Shown: positions 52,101 through 64,000 of the stretch, piece after piece | Layout: the number at the start of each line of letters is the position of its first letter | Numbering within the stretch: position 1 is the first letter of the stretch | Assembly: GCA_964016885.1 (NCBI GenBank) | Contig: OZ024740.1 | Coordinates: 181,846,001 to 181,910,000, forward strand | Length of the DNA: 64,000 bases | Origin: Eledone cirrhosa | Taxonomy: Eukaryota | Reading direction: 5' to 3' | The notes under the pieces: generated by a model | Databases searched by the model: none | The model's input: the letters and a program-made list of their open reading frames with translations, nothing else | Told to the model about the DNA's origin: nothing | Translations under genes and position numbers: made by a program

Positions 52101-55100
52101 GATAGAAGTCCTTCCCAACACCGACCATGTTGACTACGTTGATCTGGGTGGCTCAATTATGAGAGGGGTCCGGCCAATTAGTCATATCATACCCTGCTGA
52201 AAGTAGAGCATCGTTATTCAGCTCCCCTTTATTTCTCCAAGTGAAGGCATATGACCTAGTGGTAAGTGTACTGAAATTACGATCGTAATGTTGTGAGCTC
52301 AATTCCTGGATATTTCACATTCCTCTAGTGTATTCAGCTGAAAATGAGTAAAAGCATTAGCTAGGGTTTAACACTGCAATGGGCTGGCATCCTGTCCAGG
52401 AGGAATTACTGTACTTTTACTCACTTAATGCGATGGAAACTGTCTTGAGCAACAGCCTGATGAGCCTCTGAGCTCCAAACAAACTTGTTATTGACTGGCA
52501 TCATGTCCAGCAAGGAATCTTGTACTCTCAGTTGTTTAACACCACAGAAACCAGGATAAGTACCAGCCTGTTGAGTCTCCAGTCTCAAGACAGACTTTAA
52601 ACTTTGACTTACTTCTCCAACAGTGTCCAGCAAAGTGAATTGTTTATAGACTAACAGTGTCTGATATGCTAATGTAACCTATTATATAATCCTTCTTTGG
52701 TATAGACACATTCAAAATGTCATGAATCATGCACATGGGCCATTCAGCATATGGGATAGTCAGGACAGGATTTATTTGGGGAGCGGGTGGGGATGGGGAA
52801 AATGTTTTGTGCCTACCTTCCCCAAACAGAGCCCCTTCTTCTCTCTTTCTCTCTGTATCTGTATACACACCCACACACACATCATCGTCATCATCAACAT
52901 CATCACTGTTTAACATCCATTTTTCCATTCTATCATGGTTTATGTATATAGATGCATGTGTGTGTGTTGTTATATAAGGGGCCCACCAAACCTGAACTGG
53001 CCTGGGACCCTCTATGTCTGAATCTGGTCCTTGGGATAGCCATAAAGCAATACAGATACAAACACTGTAAGAAGGAAGAAGCTCCATTTAAGATTCTCTG
53101 AGTGCTTGGATTTCTGTATTATGTTGAGACATTTACCTTGAAATAATATGTCATAAAATAGCATTTAAGGAAACTATTTAGACACGAACTGCTAGATAAT
53201 GCATAGATGACCTACTTAATGCTAACTATTTAACCATGAAGTGAAGTGAGGAGATTGAGTTTGTCTAGCCAAAGCAATGATTTAAGAGGGTTGGAATTTG
53301 TATCTCTATAGACAATAGCCTGATACTTTATCTATGTCTGCTGTTAGTGATGGTTTATGGTGTCAAACTGAGATGTCGAACAATACAAATCAGCCAGACT
53401 GTTAGGAAATACAATTATTTTCCAAACTTTTTATTTAAACTTTTAAGTGAATTTAGCAATCAGCTATTGCTAATTAAAGGCTGTATGAAAGGATGCAGAA
53501 AATATTTACTTATTTTATTTGTCTGGTGTCATGATGGTACTGTTTCATCAATATCTAGTTTTGTTTCTGAGAGTATATTTACATGTGAGGTATTCTCCAT
53601 AGTAACATTAAAAACCTATATGTAATTTATATGGCTAACTTTTCTCCACAAAGCTCTAAAGAGAATCTAATGTCACTCTCTATGTCTACCATTTTTCACT
53701 GTCACCATTCTTTGCTTTGCAGCAGGATTAAATGCAGCATTATTTGCTATATTTTTCACTGATGTTAAGATATCCTCTCTATACATTGCAATAATACAAT
53801 ACTGCAAACAAATAGCTAATGACCCTCTTGTTGCAAATGAACTGAATGTATCAATTATCTTTCATTTTCTGCTTTCTAAATAATTGTTTCTGATTTAGGC
53901 ACAAGGCCAACAATTTGAGGAAGGAGAAAGTCGATTAAATCGCTCCTCATTCATTACTGGTACTTCATTTTATTGACCCTGTATGGATGAAAGGCAAAGC
54001 TAACCTTGGCAGGATTTCAACTTAGAATGTGCCACAAAGCATGTTGACCAACACTCTGCCAATACTGCTAATCCACCACCTTTCTTCTAAATAATAATGA
54101 AAATGTTTTCTAATGTAGGTCCATAGCCAAATATTTGAGGCAGGCATGGGGGTATGGTAGTCGATGGTATTGACCCCAGTACTTTATTGATACATTATTT
54201 TATCGATCCCTGAAAGAATGAAAGTCAAATTTTACCTCAGAAATATATGAACTCAATGTTATGGATCTTAAAAAATTATCAAAATGCCATGCAGTATTTA
54301 TTCTGACTATTCACATTTTCTGCCGAGATCATCTTTCTAGAGCTTTATTTATCCTTGTCGCGTTGATAATAAAAGTAAAAGTGTTTATAGAAATGTAGTA
54401 TGCTTAGGTGCAGAAAATAAATGTAAGTACATTTGGTTGCTATAAATAACTTATAAAACAAAGTAAAGACACTTAGAGATAGAAAAAAAGTTGCTCTTAG
54501 CCACTTTGAGGGATAAAACCTTGTATCTCTCAGCTAGCAGCTGATTGCTCTAGCCAGTGATCTAAGGGGCTGATGTTTGTTTACATTTCTAAAGCTATTA
54601 AATTCAGACAGTAAGATGTTTTCAGAAATTCCTTAACTCAATGGCTACAGCACTCAGCCAGTATCTGAGCAATACATGGTTCGATCCCTCATAATGAAAA
54701 CCTCTTTGTCCACCTCATTTAGCCTCAAAACATTCTACCCAACCTATACCAGCATAGAACAGTTGATGTAAAAATGGTGATGATTTTACTTTTTGTCATG
54801 TCATTATAATAATGTTAAAAGCAATAACATTACAATCCCAAACTTGTGTGGCTTATAACAATATTCTTTATTTGAACTGAAATCTGAATTATTGCATTTC
54901 AACATTTCTTTACACAATTAAAGGCCATATTTTTTTAGTCAACATGCTAATATGTTCTTAAACCAACAAAATATTCAAATCCATACTACTCACATTGATT
55001 TTGTTGGAGTACCACATTCTTTGGTTTATTTTAAAAAGTTTCTGCTAAATTAATAAATTTAGCAATGTAATGTAGGAAACCAAATTATTACATAATTCTT

Positions 55101-57135
55101 AACTGGAGTGTTGAAAGTGCCATACATAATTTAAAAATAATGTATTTGATGTAGTAAAGTCCTTATCTGATACTTACATCAAAAGTATTCAAAATTATTT
55201 GTGTATATATGTATATAAAATGTTAAATATATCAATTTTTCAATCAGTCCCAATTGATTATTGGCTTGAAATAGATTTTTTAATAACATTTTCTTTGTCT
55301 TTATATTTATACTGACAAGCACATATCATCATCATCAACATAGCAAGGGTTAGACGAAATGTCCCATTATGAGACATGTAAAATCAGATGACCCTGACTT
55401 GCTCATACAGAACAGTTTCTGGCTTGGTTTCTACAGCTAGATGCCCTTCTTAATACCAACCATATTACAGAGGGAACTGGGCAGTGTGGACTGGGTACGT
55501 TTTGTCATGTTACCGACATGACCAGTTTACAGGGCAGACTGGGTGCTTTCTATTGTGTCACCACATGAACACTTTCTAGGTTCAACTGGGTGATCTTTTG
55601 TCATGACACCAGCATAATGTTCATAAAACTAAATCTTGTAGCTTTTTTATTTTTTATATGTTAATAATGCATTATTTTCACAAATAAATGCCAAGGTCAG
55701 CATTGACCTTATTAAATTATTTCCCAGAGAATTTAAAGGAAACAGATTTTTTTCTGAATTTCAAAAATTGCAAAACCTTTCAACTATGTCAATTGAAAAG
55801 GCATCCACTTTCTTTAGTTAATGTTTATCAATAGTATATTGGGCTAAAAGTATGTTAATTGTAAATTCTTGAGTGCACACAGAGATATCTAAAGTATTGT
55901 CAATTTTATAAAATATTTAAACTCTGTTTAAGATATTATTGGTTATACAAAATAAATACTGCAAAGATGGTATATTATTATTTAAGGCTAATGTGTATAT
56001 AATGGTTTTTGATTTAAGTACAAAGCCAACAATTCTGAGGGAAGGGAAGTCGATTTAATTGACACCAGTGCATTACTGGTGCTTTATTTTATTGACTCCT
56101 TAAAGATGAAAGCCAAAGTTATCCTCGATGGGATTTGAACTCAGAATGGCAAGGACTGAAAGTCTGCCATGGAGCATGGTGTCAGACACTTTACTGATAA
56201 CTGCCAATCGAATGCCGTCTTATGTGTATATAATGCAAATTATTGATACATGTTATGTGAAGGTACATGGCCTAGTTGTTAGGTCATTGTAGTTATTATA
56301 AGGATTCAATCCCTGAGCCAGGTAGCACATTGTGGTTTTGGGTATTGTTTTTTATGATAGGAGTGGGGCCGTGAATTGGCAGTATCGGTAGAGGGTTGGA
56401 CGCCATGCTTTCTAGCATAGTCACGTCCCTTTACAATCTGAGTTCAAATCCAGCCGAGGTTAACTTTGCCTTTCATCCTTACGGGGTCGATAAAATAAAG
56501 TACCAGTAATGTACTGGGTAATTGCTGGCCTTGTGCCTAAAGTAGAAACAATTGTCATTAACTCCTGTGAGAAACCTCCTATGAGATGGAAACTTGTAGA
56601 GGGCAAAATAAACCCATCTAGATGTGATCTGCAACAGAACATGTATACATGTTGATTGAAGACATTTTACAAGCTAATGCTGAAAAGCTTTTTTGTAGAA
56701 ATAGACCAAGGAAAGTTCGTGGGAAATTATTATTGGTTGCAAATTGGTTTAATTGTCAGAATATCAGGTGATTGGAGAAGACATCCGATTATATTTCTTC
56801 CAGCTCTTTGCATTCTGTGTTCAAATCTCAACATAGTCTGCATAGGTCGTAGACTTAATTGGTTAAAACCATCACCTGACACTCCATTGCAAACATTCAC
56901 ACCAGATTTAAGGTTACTTTACCCACGCTCTCCCACCTACCAATCACAGAAGCACTGAAAATTGAAAGGGCCAAGACTGAAAGGAATGTTAACATAATTC
57001 AAAGTAATTTCTAATATCTCTGTGTAGAATGAGAAGTTTAGACTGATTAAAATCTATGTACAGTGGTCTCTCCATCAATCACCTTCCCATCTTTTGATTA
57101 GGACCATCTGCATCTAGGGCTACAGTATTCAATGC

Positions 57136-57555
57136 ATTATTACTTTTTAAGAGGCGGTGGATTGGCAGTATCGGTAGAGGGTCGGACGCCATGCTTTGAC
57201 ACAGAGAGTTATGGCCCTTGCCATTCTGAGTTCAAATCCCACCGAGGTTAACTTTGCCTTTCATCCTTACGGGCTCGATAAAATAAAGTACGAGTAATGA
57301 ACTGGGTAATTGCTGGCCGTGTGCCAAAAGTAGAAACAATTATTACTTTTTAAGGGTGGTGGATTGGCAGTATAGGTAGAGGGTCGGACGCCATGCTTTG
57401 CAGCACAGTTACATCCCTTTACGGATTGCGTTCAAATCCCGCTGAGGTTAACTTTGCCTTTCATCCTTACGTGGTTGATAAAATAAAGTACCAGTAATAC
57501 ACTGTGATAATTGCTGGCTTTGTGCTAAAAGTAGAAACAATTATTACTTTTTAAG
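57136..57555 (+). mobile_element. Two head-to-tail tRNA/Meta SINE copies bounded by three copies of a 16-bp target sequence
   Basis: ATTATTACTTTTTAAG at 57136-57151, 57339-57354 and 57540-57555; A box TGGCAGTATCGG and B box GTTCAAATCC. Confidence 0.9.
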
Positions 57556-58460
57556 TCAGTAGTAACCGATTTAAAGAAAATATAGCTGCTATTTTTAGCA
57601 AGCCAAAAAATGACATAAAGGCTCAGGTGACCTTGTTGGCAATGAAAGGGGTGATTGGTAGAGATGTTGGTGTACTGGATTAAATAAGTTTCAACATTTA
57701 GAAATGACTTTCTAATCTGTTGTTCACTTGTATCTAATTTATTTTTCAGTTTTCTGAATTAATATAACATTATCTTCATAATCATTATCATTTTATGTCC
57801 ATTGTTCCATGCTAGCATGGGCTGGACAGGTCCTTCTGAGAACAACATCTCTCCACTTGTTCTTTTTCATCACCCCATGAGTTTTAGTAATCTGAGATCA
57901 TCTCTCAACACTTCCATCCAAGTTTTCCTAGATTTTTCTCTACTGTGGCTTCCTTCCACTGGGATTATATAATATTGCACTTACTGCATACTTGATATTA
58001 TCGTCTCATAGTCAAGAGAAATATTTTTGAGTTATAAACATAATTTGGCAGTTTTCTGTGCAGAACAAAAAACAAGTTTTGTTTTTTACTCTATAATCAG
58101 ATAAATATTTCCTTTCTGTGACTGATAAAATTTTGTTCTGTAGCAGAATCTTTTCGTCATAAACTCATAGTGTTAGTTTAACTTTCAGAATTAAATTTTC
58201 AATTTAATTTTTCAATTTTCTATATTTTAGTATAATGAATGTATTACTTTATCTAGCACTTGATAGATCCATAAAGATTTATAAACACTATTTAACAATC
58301 GATATATATGTATGGAAATTCTATCTATGGAAATATGATAGGATGACATATAAAGAGAAGCACAATGGAGTACAAGCATGCCAAGGCCCACATTGCCTTT
58401 CATCATTTCAGGTTCAGTAAATAAAATATCTACTGGATTGATTCTTTTTTCACCCCTGCA

Positions 58461-58494
<34 letters not shown>

Positions 58495-58516
58495 CAAATT
58501 TATTTAGTGTATATTG

Positions 58517-61500
58517 TCATCATCATCACCGTTTTACGTCCGTTCTTCCACGCTAGCATGGGTTAGACGGGTTGTCCTGTTGTGGGCAGTGTCTGGTCGG
58601 CTGACCATGCCTTGCTCATACAGGAACTGATCTGGCTTGATTTCTACAGCTGGATGCCCTTCCTAACACCAACCTCATTTACAGTGAGTGCTGGGTGCTT
58701 TTTCGTGGCGCCTACACGTCCACTTTACAGTGTGGGCTGGGTGCTTTTTTGCCGTGGCACCTCCACGACCACCTTGCGGTGGGGGGGGGGGGGGGGGCAT
58801 ATTGTTTATATGCTTCAGCATGTACCCATGGGAGGTCGGGTACCCTGTATTACTGCGTGACGCCAGAAGTCACGGTCGTGTGTCATTGACTTTGAGAGGT
58901 GTAGTTGGGTAAGGTCGGCTTTTATCACCTCATCCCAAGTCATCTTGGGTCTCCCCACTCCGCGGTTTCCATCAACTTCTAGTGCTCTGCACCTTTTTAT
59001 GCAGCTGTCATCCTTCATACGCATCACATGTCCATACCAGCGTAACCGCCTCTCCTGCACGCAGCATTTGATTCCTCTTATGCTCAGTCTCTCTCTCAAT
59101 TCATTTATGCTTTGTCGTTCACGTATATTACTGTTACACATCCATCGGAGCATGCAGGCTTCGTTTCTCTCTAATCTACGTAAGTCTTCCACCTTCAGCG
59201 CCCAGGTCTCACTACCATGCAACATCGCTGTTCGGATACACGCATCATACAGTCTGCCTTTCATTCTGAGGGAGAAGCCTTTTGCAGCTAGCAGTGGTAG
59301 TAGTTCCCTAAACTTCTTCCATCCCGTTCTTACCCTAGTTATTGTACTTTCTGAGCACCCACCTCCGTTGCTAATTCGGTCACCTAGGTAGCAGAAGCTG
59401 TCTACTGTTTCTACAGGGCCCTCCCAGAGATTGGTGGTACTTGTTTCCTGTGGCTGTTTGCTTGCTGTTTCAGCACAGCTGCTGCATGTGAATCCTACAT
59501 TCTTAATTAAGCTTCCTGAGATCCCGCTACATCTCTTGTGTACCCATTGTTTGCATTTGGGGCAAAGAATGGAGTTCCTACCTACACCTTTCCTACATAC
59601 TGAGCAAGGCCATTTCCCTGAGGGGATCTGGGTTCTGTTTTCTCGTCTACTTATAAGGACCTTAGTCTTTGTCATGTTGACTTTGAGGCCCTTTCTCTCT
59701 AGTCCCTGCTTCCAGGTTTGGAATTTATTCTCTAGTTCTACCATAGATTCAGCTATGAGTGCGAGGTCATCAGCATACAGGAGTTCCCATGGGCATCCGG
59801 TCTTAAACTCCTCCGTTATTGCCTGCAGGACTATGATGAACAGGAGAGGGCTAAGAACAGAGCCCTGGTGGACCCCAACCTGTACGCTAAATTCCTCGCT
59901 ATACTCATTGCCAATCCTAACTTTGCTGACTGCTCCCCTATACATGGCTTGTACCGCTTTCACAAGCCATTCATCTACTCCTAGTTTTCTAAGAGCCCAC
60001 CAGATTACTGCACGTGGAACTCTGTCAAAGGCTTTCTCAAGGTCGACAAATGCCAAGTAGAGTGGCTTACTTTTAGCTAGGTACTTTTCCTGTAATTGCC
60101 TCACAAGGAAGAGCGCATCAGTGGTGCCTTTCCCTGGAACAAACCCAAATTGCATCTCGTCTATATTCACCCGGTCCCTAATCAGCTGTGCTATAACTCT
60201 TTCTGTTACTTTCATGACCTGGTCCATCAACTTTATACCTCTATAGTTTCCTCTATCTAGTGCATCGCCTTTACCTTTGTAGCAGTTGACAATGATGCTA
60301 CTGCACCAATCTTTTGGTATGGCCCCCTCTAGTATTACCTGGTTAACGATACGTGTGGTTATAGTGTGACCTACAGACCCAGATGCCTTCAGCATCTCGG
60401 CAGCTATACCCGATGGACCGGTTGCCTTCCCTATCTTCATATCTCTGATTGCCTTACTTACTACGCTGCCGCTGACTTGTACTGCTGGTCCCTCTATAGG
60501 GTCTACGTGGGGTAGGGTCTCTTCTTCCCATGCATTCTCCTCATTTAGTAATCTATCATAATGACTCTTCCATGCATCTTTCTTCTCAGCACTTGTGAGG
60601 GCAAGCTCACCTTTATCATTCCGGATACACTTCTCTCCAATGACATCACAACTATCTCTGACACACTGCCTCGCAATCTTGAATACCTCCTGTTTCTGGT
60701 CCTCACGTTGTAAAACATGCTTGAATTTTCTATCCTCTGCTTCCCTCCTAGCTAAGTATACTTGTCGTCTAGCTTCCCTCTTGGTCTCTATGTAATGTAC
60801 CCTGCTCCCCCCGTTCTTCCATTCTTTCCATGCCTGTCTCTTGGCCTTGACTGCTTCATCTACCTTATTGTTCCACCACCAAGTCACTCTCCTCCTGCTT
60901 GAGGTCTTACTCCAGCCACAAACCTCATCCGTCGCCTCTAGTAAGTTATTTTTTAGGAACTCCCAGTTCTCTTCTACGTTAAATGTCTCTATCTGTTCTT
61001 CTTTACTGTCGTAGGCGTTGAGTAAAATATCTTTAAATCTGTTACTGGTTGAGGGGACTTTCAGCTTCCAGATCTTTCTTCTCCAGGTTGGCCTCTGTTT
61101 CAGGGCTCGTCTAGTTCTGACCGTGAGGTCGCTGACAACTAAGCTATGTTGGGATGTACATTCCTCACTAGGGAAGGCTTTTGTGTTTACGACCGTCCAT
61201 CTGTCACGTCCTCTGATGAGGATAAAATCTAACTGACTAGAGTGCTCCCCTGATCTATAGGTGATCAGGTGGTTGTCGGGTTTTTTAAAGTTTGTGTTAC
61301 ATATCGACATGTCATTGGCGTCGCAGAATTCTAGAAGTCTGAATCCTTCCTCATTCCTTGTGCCAACTCCATGGCCTCCATGTACTCTATTGAAGCCGTC
61401 GCAGTGTTTACCTACGTGTCCGTTAAAATCTCCTGCAATGATTAGGAAGTCCTTGTCGTCTGTTAGAGCAGTAGTGTGTATTAGGGACTCGTAAAACCTA

Positions 61501-62250
61501 TCCTTAAGTTCGTCTGGCAGCCCCGATTGGGGTGCGTAAGCTGATATTATTGTGGTAATTGTCTTATTCAGGACTAGTCTGAGTTTAATGATTCTTGCAT
61601 TTACCCTGTACACTGAGATTACTTTATCTACCCACTTGTCAGCTAATAGTATACCTACACCACCCATCCCATCGTCATTTCCCACCCAGAAAAATTTGTA
61701 GCACTGGCTTTTTCCTACAAGGACTCTAGCAGACCCTCCTCTCCATCTAGTCTCTTGCACACAACATACATCAACTTCCTTTCGCTCTAGCATTTCTACG
61801 ATTTCTCCTGCTCTTCCTTTCATTGAGCCTACATTGATGGTACCAACTCGGAGTTTTGGGCATTTGTCGACACTCGTAGGGGAGGGTCTCTGGGTTGGCG
61901 CTTCACGTGGGTGCTTGGTAGCTCGCAGATTCATATTTCATCTATTGATTCAGAGTTGCTCGTGTATTCCCAGCTCATCCATCCCTAACGGTGAAAATTG
62001 AGGGCTAGAAGGACAGTGGTGGTGGGGTAATGGCAGGGTGTGTTGGGATGCGCCAGAGGAGGAGAGAGTTAGTTAGGCAGGTAGTAGAAGCAGCAGCAGC
62101 AGTGGAAATGGCATGCTAGGTTTGATTGGTCGAATAGGCTATGGTGGTGTGTGGGGGTGGGGGGGAGGGAAATTGTGAGGTAGGAACTGAGGGTCGCATG
62201 GTAAATATCCAAGTTAATACTACATCAGTAAAATTAACAATAATAACGTC
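58517..62250 (-). mobile_element. Full-length-looking RTE-clade LINE (5' boundary uncertain; may include the repeat array)
   Basis: Single intact ORF, about 300-bp 3' UTR with internal repeats and a (GAT)n tail at 58517-58528, and a C-rich 5' leader. Confidence 0.93.
58815..61934 (-). CDS. RTE retrotransposon protein: APE endonuclease, reverse transcriptase and PHD-like Cys-rich insert (1039 aa)
   Basis: GTINV, VQETRW, YAPQ, GDFNGHVG, QLDFIL, SQH (APE); NYRGIKL, QFGF, DLEKAFD, GVHQGSVLSP, LLYADD, YLG (RT); uninterrupted reading frame. Confidence 0.96.
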   Translation of the reverse strand: MNLRATKHPREAPTQRPSPTSVDKCPKLRVGTINVGSMKGRAGEIVEMLERKEVDVCCVQETRWRGGSARVLVGKSQCYKFFWVGNDDGMGGVGILLADKWVDKVISVYRVNARIIKLRLVLNKTITTIISAYAPQSGLPDELKDRFYESLIHTTALTDDKDFLIIAGDFNGHVGKHCDGFNRVHGGHGVGTRNEEGFRLLEFCDANDMSICNTNFKKPDNHLITYRSGEHSSQLDFILIRGRDRWTVVNTKAFPSEECTSQHSLVVSDLTVRTRRALKQRPTWRRKIWKLKVPSTSNRFKDILLNAYDSKEEQIETFNVEENWEFLKNNLLEATDEVCGWSKTSSRRRVTWWWNNKVDEAVKAKRQAWKEWKNGGSRVHYIETKREARRQVYLARREAEDRKFKHVLQREDQKQEVFKIARQCVRDSCDVIGEKCIRNDKGELALTSAEKKDAWKSHYDRLLNEENAWEEETLPHVDPIEGPAVQVSGSVVSKAIRDMKIGKATGPSGIAAEMLKASGSVGHTITTRIVNQVILEGAIPKDWCSSIIVNCYKGKGDALDRGNYRGIKLMDQVMKVTERVIAQLIRDRVNIDEMQFGFVPGKGTTDALFLVRQLQEKYLAKSKPLYLAFVDLEKAFDRVPRAVIWWALRKLGVDEWLVKAVQAMYRGAVSKVRIGNEYSEEFSVQVGVHQGSVLSPLLFIIVLQAITEEFKTGCPWELLYADDLALIAESMVELENKFQTWKQGLERKGLKVNMTKTKVLISRRENRTQIPSGKWPCSVCRKGVGRNSILCPKCKQWVHKRCSGISGSLIKNVGFTCSSCAETASKQPQETSTTNLWEGPVETVDSFCYLGDRISNGGGCSESTITRVRTGWKKFRELLPLLAAKGFSLRMKGRLYDACIRTAMLHGSETWALKVEDLRRLERNEACMLRWMCNSNIRERQSINELRERLSIRGIKCCVQERRLRWYGHVMRMKDDSCIKRCRALEVDGNRGVGRPKMTWDEVIKADLTQLHLSKSMTHDRDFWRHAVIQGTRPPMGTC

Positions 62251-62922
62251 ATGAAAAAAGCTACTAAGAGAAACCCTCGAAAATTTATCGCTAATACAGC
62301 AGGGAAAATTTAACGCTAATACAGCAGGGAACATCATATTAACGACATGAAAAAGCTACTAAGAGAAACCCTCGAAAGTTTATCGCTAATACAGCAGGGG
62401 AAATTTAACGCTAATACAACAGGGAACATCATATTAACGACATGAAAAAGCTACTAAGAGAAACCCTCGAAAATTTATCGCTAATACAGCAGGGAAAATT
62501 TAACGCTAATACAGCAGGGAACATCATATTAACGACATGAAAAAGCTACTAAGAGAAACCCTCGAAAATTTATCGCTAATACAGCAGGGGAAATTTAACG
62601 CTAATACAGCAGGGAACATCATATTAACGACATGAAAAAGCTACTAAGAGAAACCCTCGAAAATTTATCGCTAATACAGCAGGGAAAATTTAACGCTAAT
62701 ACAGCAGGGAACATCATATTAACGACATGAAAAAGCTACTAAGAGAAACCCTCGAAACTTTATCGCTAATACAGCAGGGAAAATTTAACGCTAATACAGC
62801 AGGGAACATCATAATATTAACGACATGAAAAAGCTACTAAGAGAAACCCTCGAAAATTTATCGCTAATACAGCAGGGAAAATTTAACGCTAATACAGCAG
62901 GGAACATCATAATATTAACGAC
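62251..62922. repeat. 95-98-bp tandem monomers, 7 copies
   Basis: Unit starts at 62251, 62347, 62442, 62537, 62632, 62727 and 62825; each unit holds two CGCTAATACAGCAGGG subrepeats. Confidence 0.98.
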
Positions 62923-64000
62923 AATATGTAGGCTAAAATACCTTCGTAGATTAGGTGGATGGCTGGCTGGGAAAATTGAATCATCTCTAGTGGTACATTT
63001 TAGCAGAGAAGAATGGCAAAGTGTCTTATCTCTTCAATATTTTCAGATTGAATGAATTAGGTTAAAGACAGGGTAGTAAGCCTTAAAGAAGTGCATAGAG
63101 GGGGGGGGGTAGGAACTGAGGGTCACATGGTAAATAACTGAGAGAGATACAATAGGATTAGAATACCGCATGGTAAATATCCAAGTTAATAAGTTAATAC
63201 TACATCAGTAAAATTAACAATAATAACGTCATGAAAAAAGCTACTAAGAGAAACCCTCGAAAATTTATCGCTAATACAGCAGGGAAAATTTAACGCTAAT
63301 ACAGCAGGGAACATCATATTAACGACATGAAAAAGCTACTAAGAGAAACCCTCGAAAATTTATCGCTAATACAGCAGGGAAAATTTAACGCTAATACAGC
63401 AGGGAACATCATATTAACGACATGAAAAAGCTACTAAGAGAAACCCTCGAAAGTTTATCGCTAATACAGCAGGGAAAATTTAACGCTAATACAGCAGGGA
63501 ACATCATAATATTAACGACATGAAAAAGCTACTAAGAGAAACCCTCGAAAATTTATCGCTAATACAGCAGGGAAAATTTAACGCTAATACAGCAGGGAAC
63601 ATCATAATATTAACGACAATATGTAGGCTAAAATACCTTCGTAGATTAGGTGGATGGCTGGCTGGGAAAATTGAATCATCTCTAGTGGTACATTTTAGCA
63701 GAGAAGAATGGCAAAGTGTCTTATCTCTTCAATATTTTCAGATTGAATGAATTAGGTTAAAGACAGGGTAGTAAGCCTTAAAGAAGTGCATAGAGGGGGG
63801 GGGGTAGGAACTGAGGGTCACATGGTAAATAACTGAGAGAGATACAATAGGATTAGAATACCGCATGGTAAATATCCAAGTTAATAAGTTAATACTACAT
63901 CAGTAAAATTAACAATAATAACGTCATGAAAAAAGCTACTAAGAGAAACCCTCGAAAATTTATCGCTAATACAGCAGGGAAAATTTAACGCTAATACAGC
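62923..64000. repeat. 695-bp higher-order repeat (about 310-bp spacer plus four 95-98-bp monomers), running off the window
   Basis: Identical ORFs at 62825 and 63520 (offset 695). Monomers start at 63231, 63327, 63422 and 63520, and the next block begins at 63926. Confidence 0.97.

Noticed and set aside
57152-57250. tRNA genes suggested by A and B boxes
   Set aside because: No cloverleaf is evident; these are SINE heads followed by the shared SINE core.
58945-61494. Plus-strand ORFs of 66-209 aa overlapping the RTE
   Set aside because: They are antisense shadows of the RT reading frame with no independent motifs.
61935-62250. HDV-like or hammerhead ribozyme in the RTE 5' leader
   Set aside because: CTGATGT on the minus strand lacks the core A and a matching GAAA stem, and I could not assemble an HDV pseudoknot by eye. 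A covariance search could still find one.
62825-63750. Two identical 76-aa ORFs (MKKLLRETLENL...)
   Set aside because: They are a by-product of the 695-bp repeat, with no recognisable domain, and the other monomers shift frame.
62251-64000. CRISPR-like array next to a reverse transcriptase
   Set aside because: The sequences between the short repeats are themselves repeated, so there are no unique spacers. There are no cas genes and the context is eukaryotic.

Overview
This is AT-rich, repeat-dominated eukaryotic DNA with long (TA)n microsatellites. The repeat complement (tRNA-derived SINEs with a Meta-type core, RTE LINEs with (GAT)n tails, Penelope-like elements) suggests a mollusc, most likely an octopus; this is inference. 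I cannot support any host protein-coding gene. Main contents: one apparently intact RTE LINE (1039-aa APE-RT ORF with an internal PHD-like Cys cluster, 58815-61934 minus) with a nested 95-bp/695-bp tandem array on its 5' side; a decayed two-ORF CR1-group LINE whose ORF1 has three CCCH fingers; many RTE remnants and SINEs; a non-autonomous Helitron; and three Penelope-like element (PLE) coding remnants. The most striking pattern is about eleven PLE-derived insertions from several unrelated families, mostly inside (TA)n tracts. Each is a fold-back with a tail-less end and a tail-bearing end in opposite orientations. Many carry minimal type I hammerhead ribozyme motifs, several tails share an ACTC-N12-17-(G/C)AGTRCT motif, and in one family the symmetry axis appears to be hammerhead stem II. 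All structures were read by eye and none were computed.
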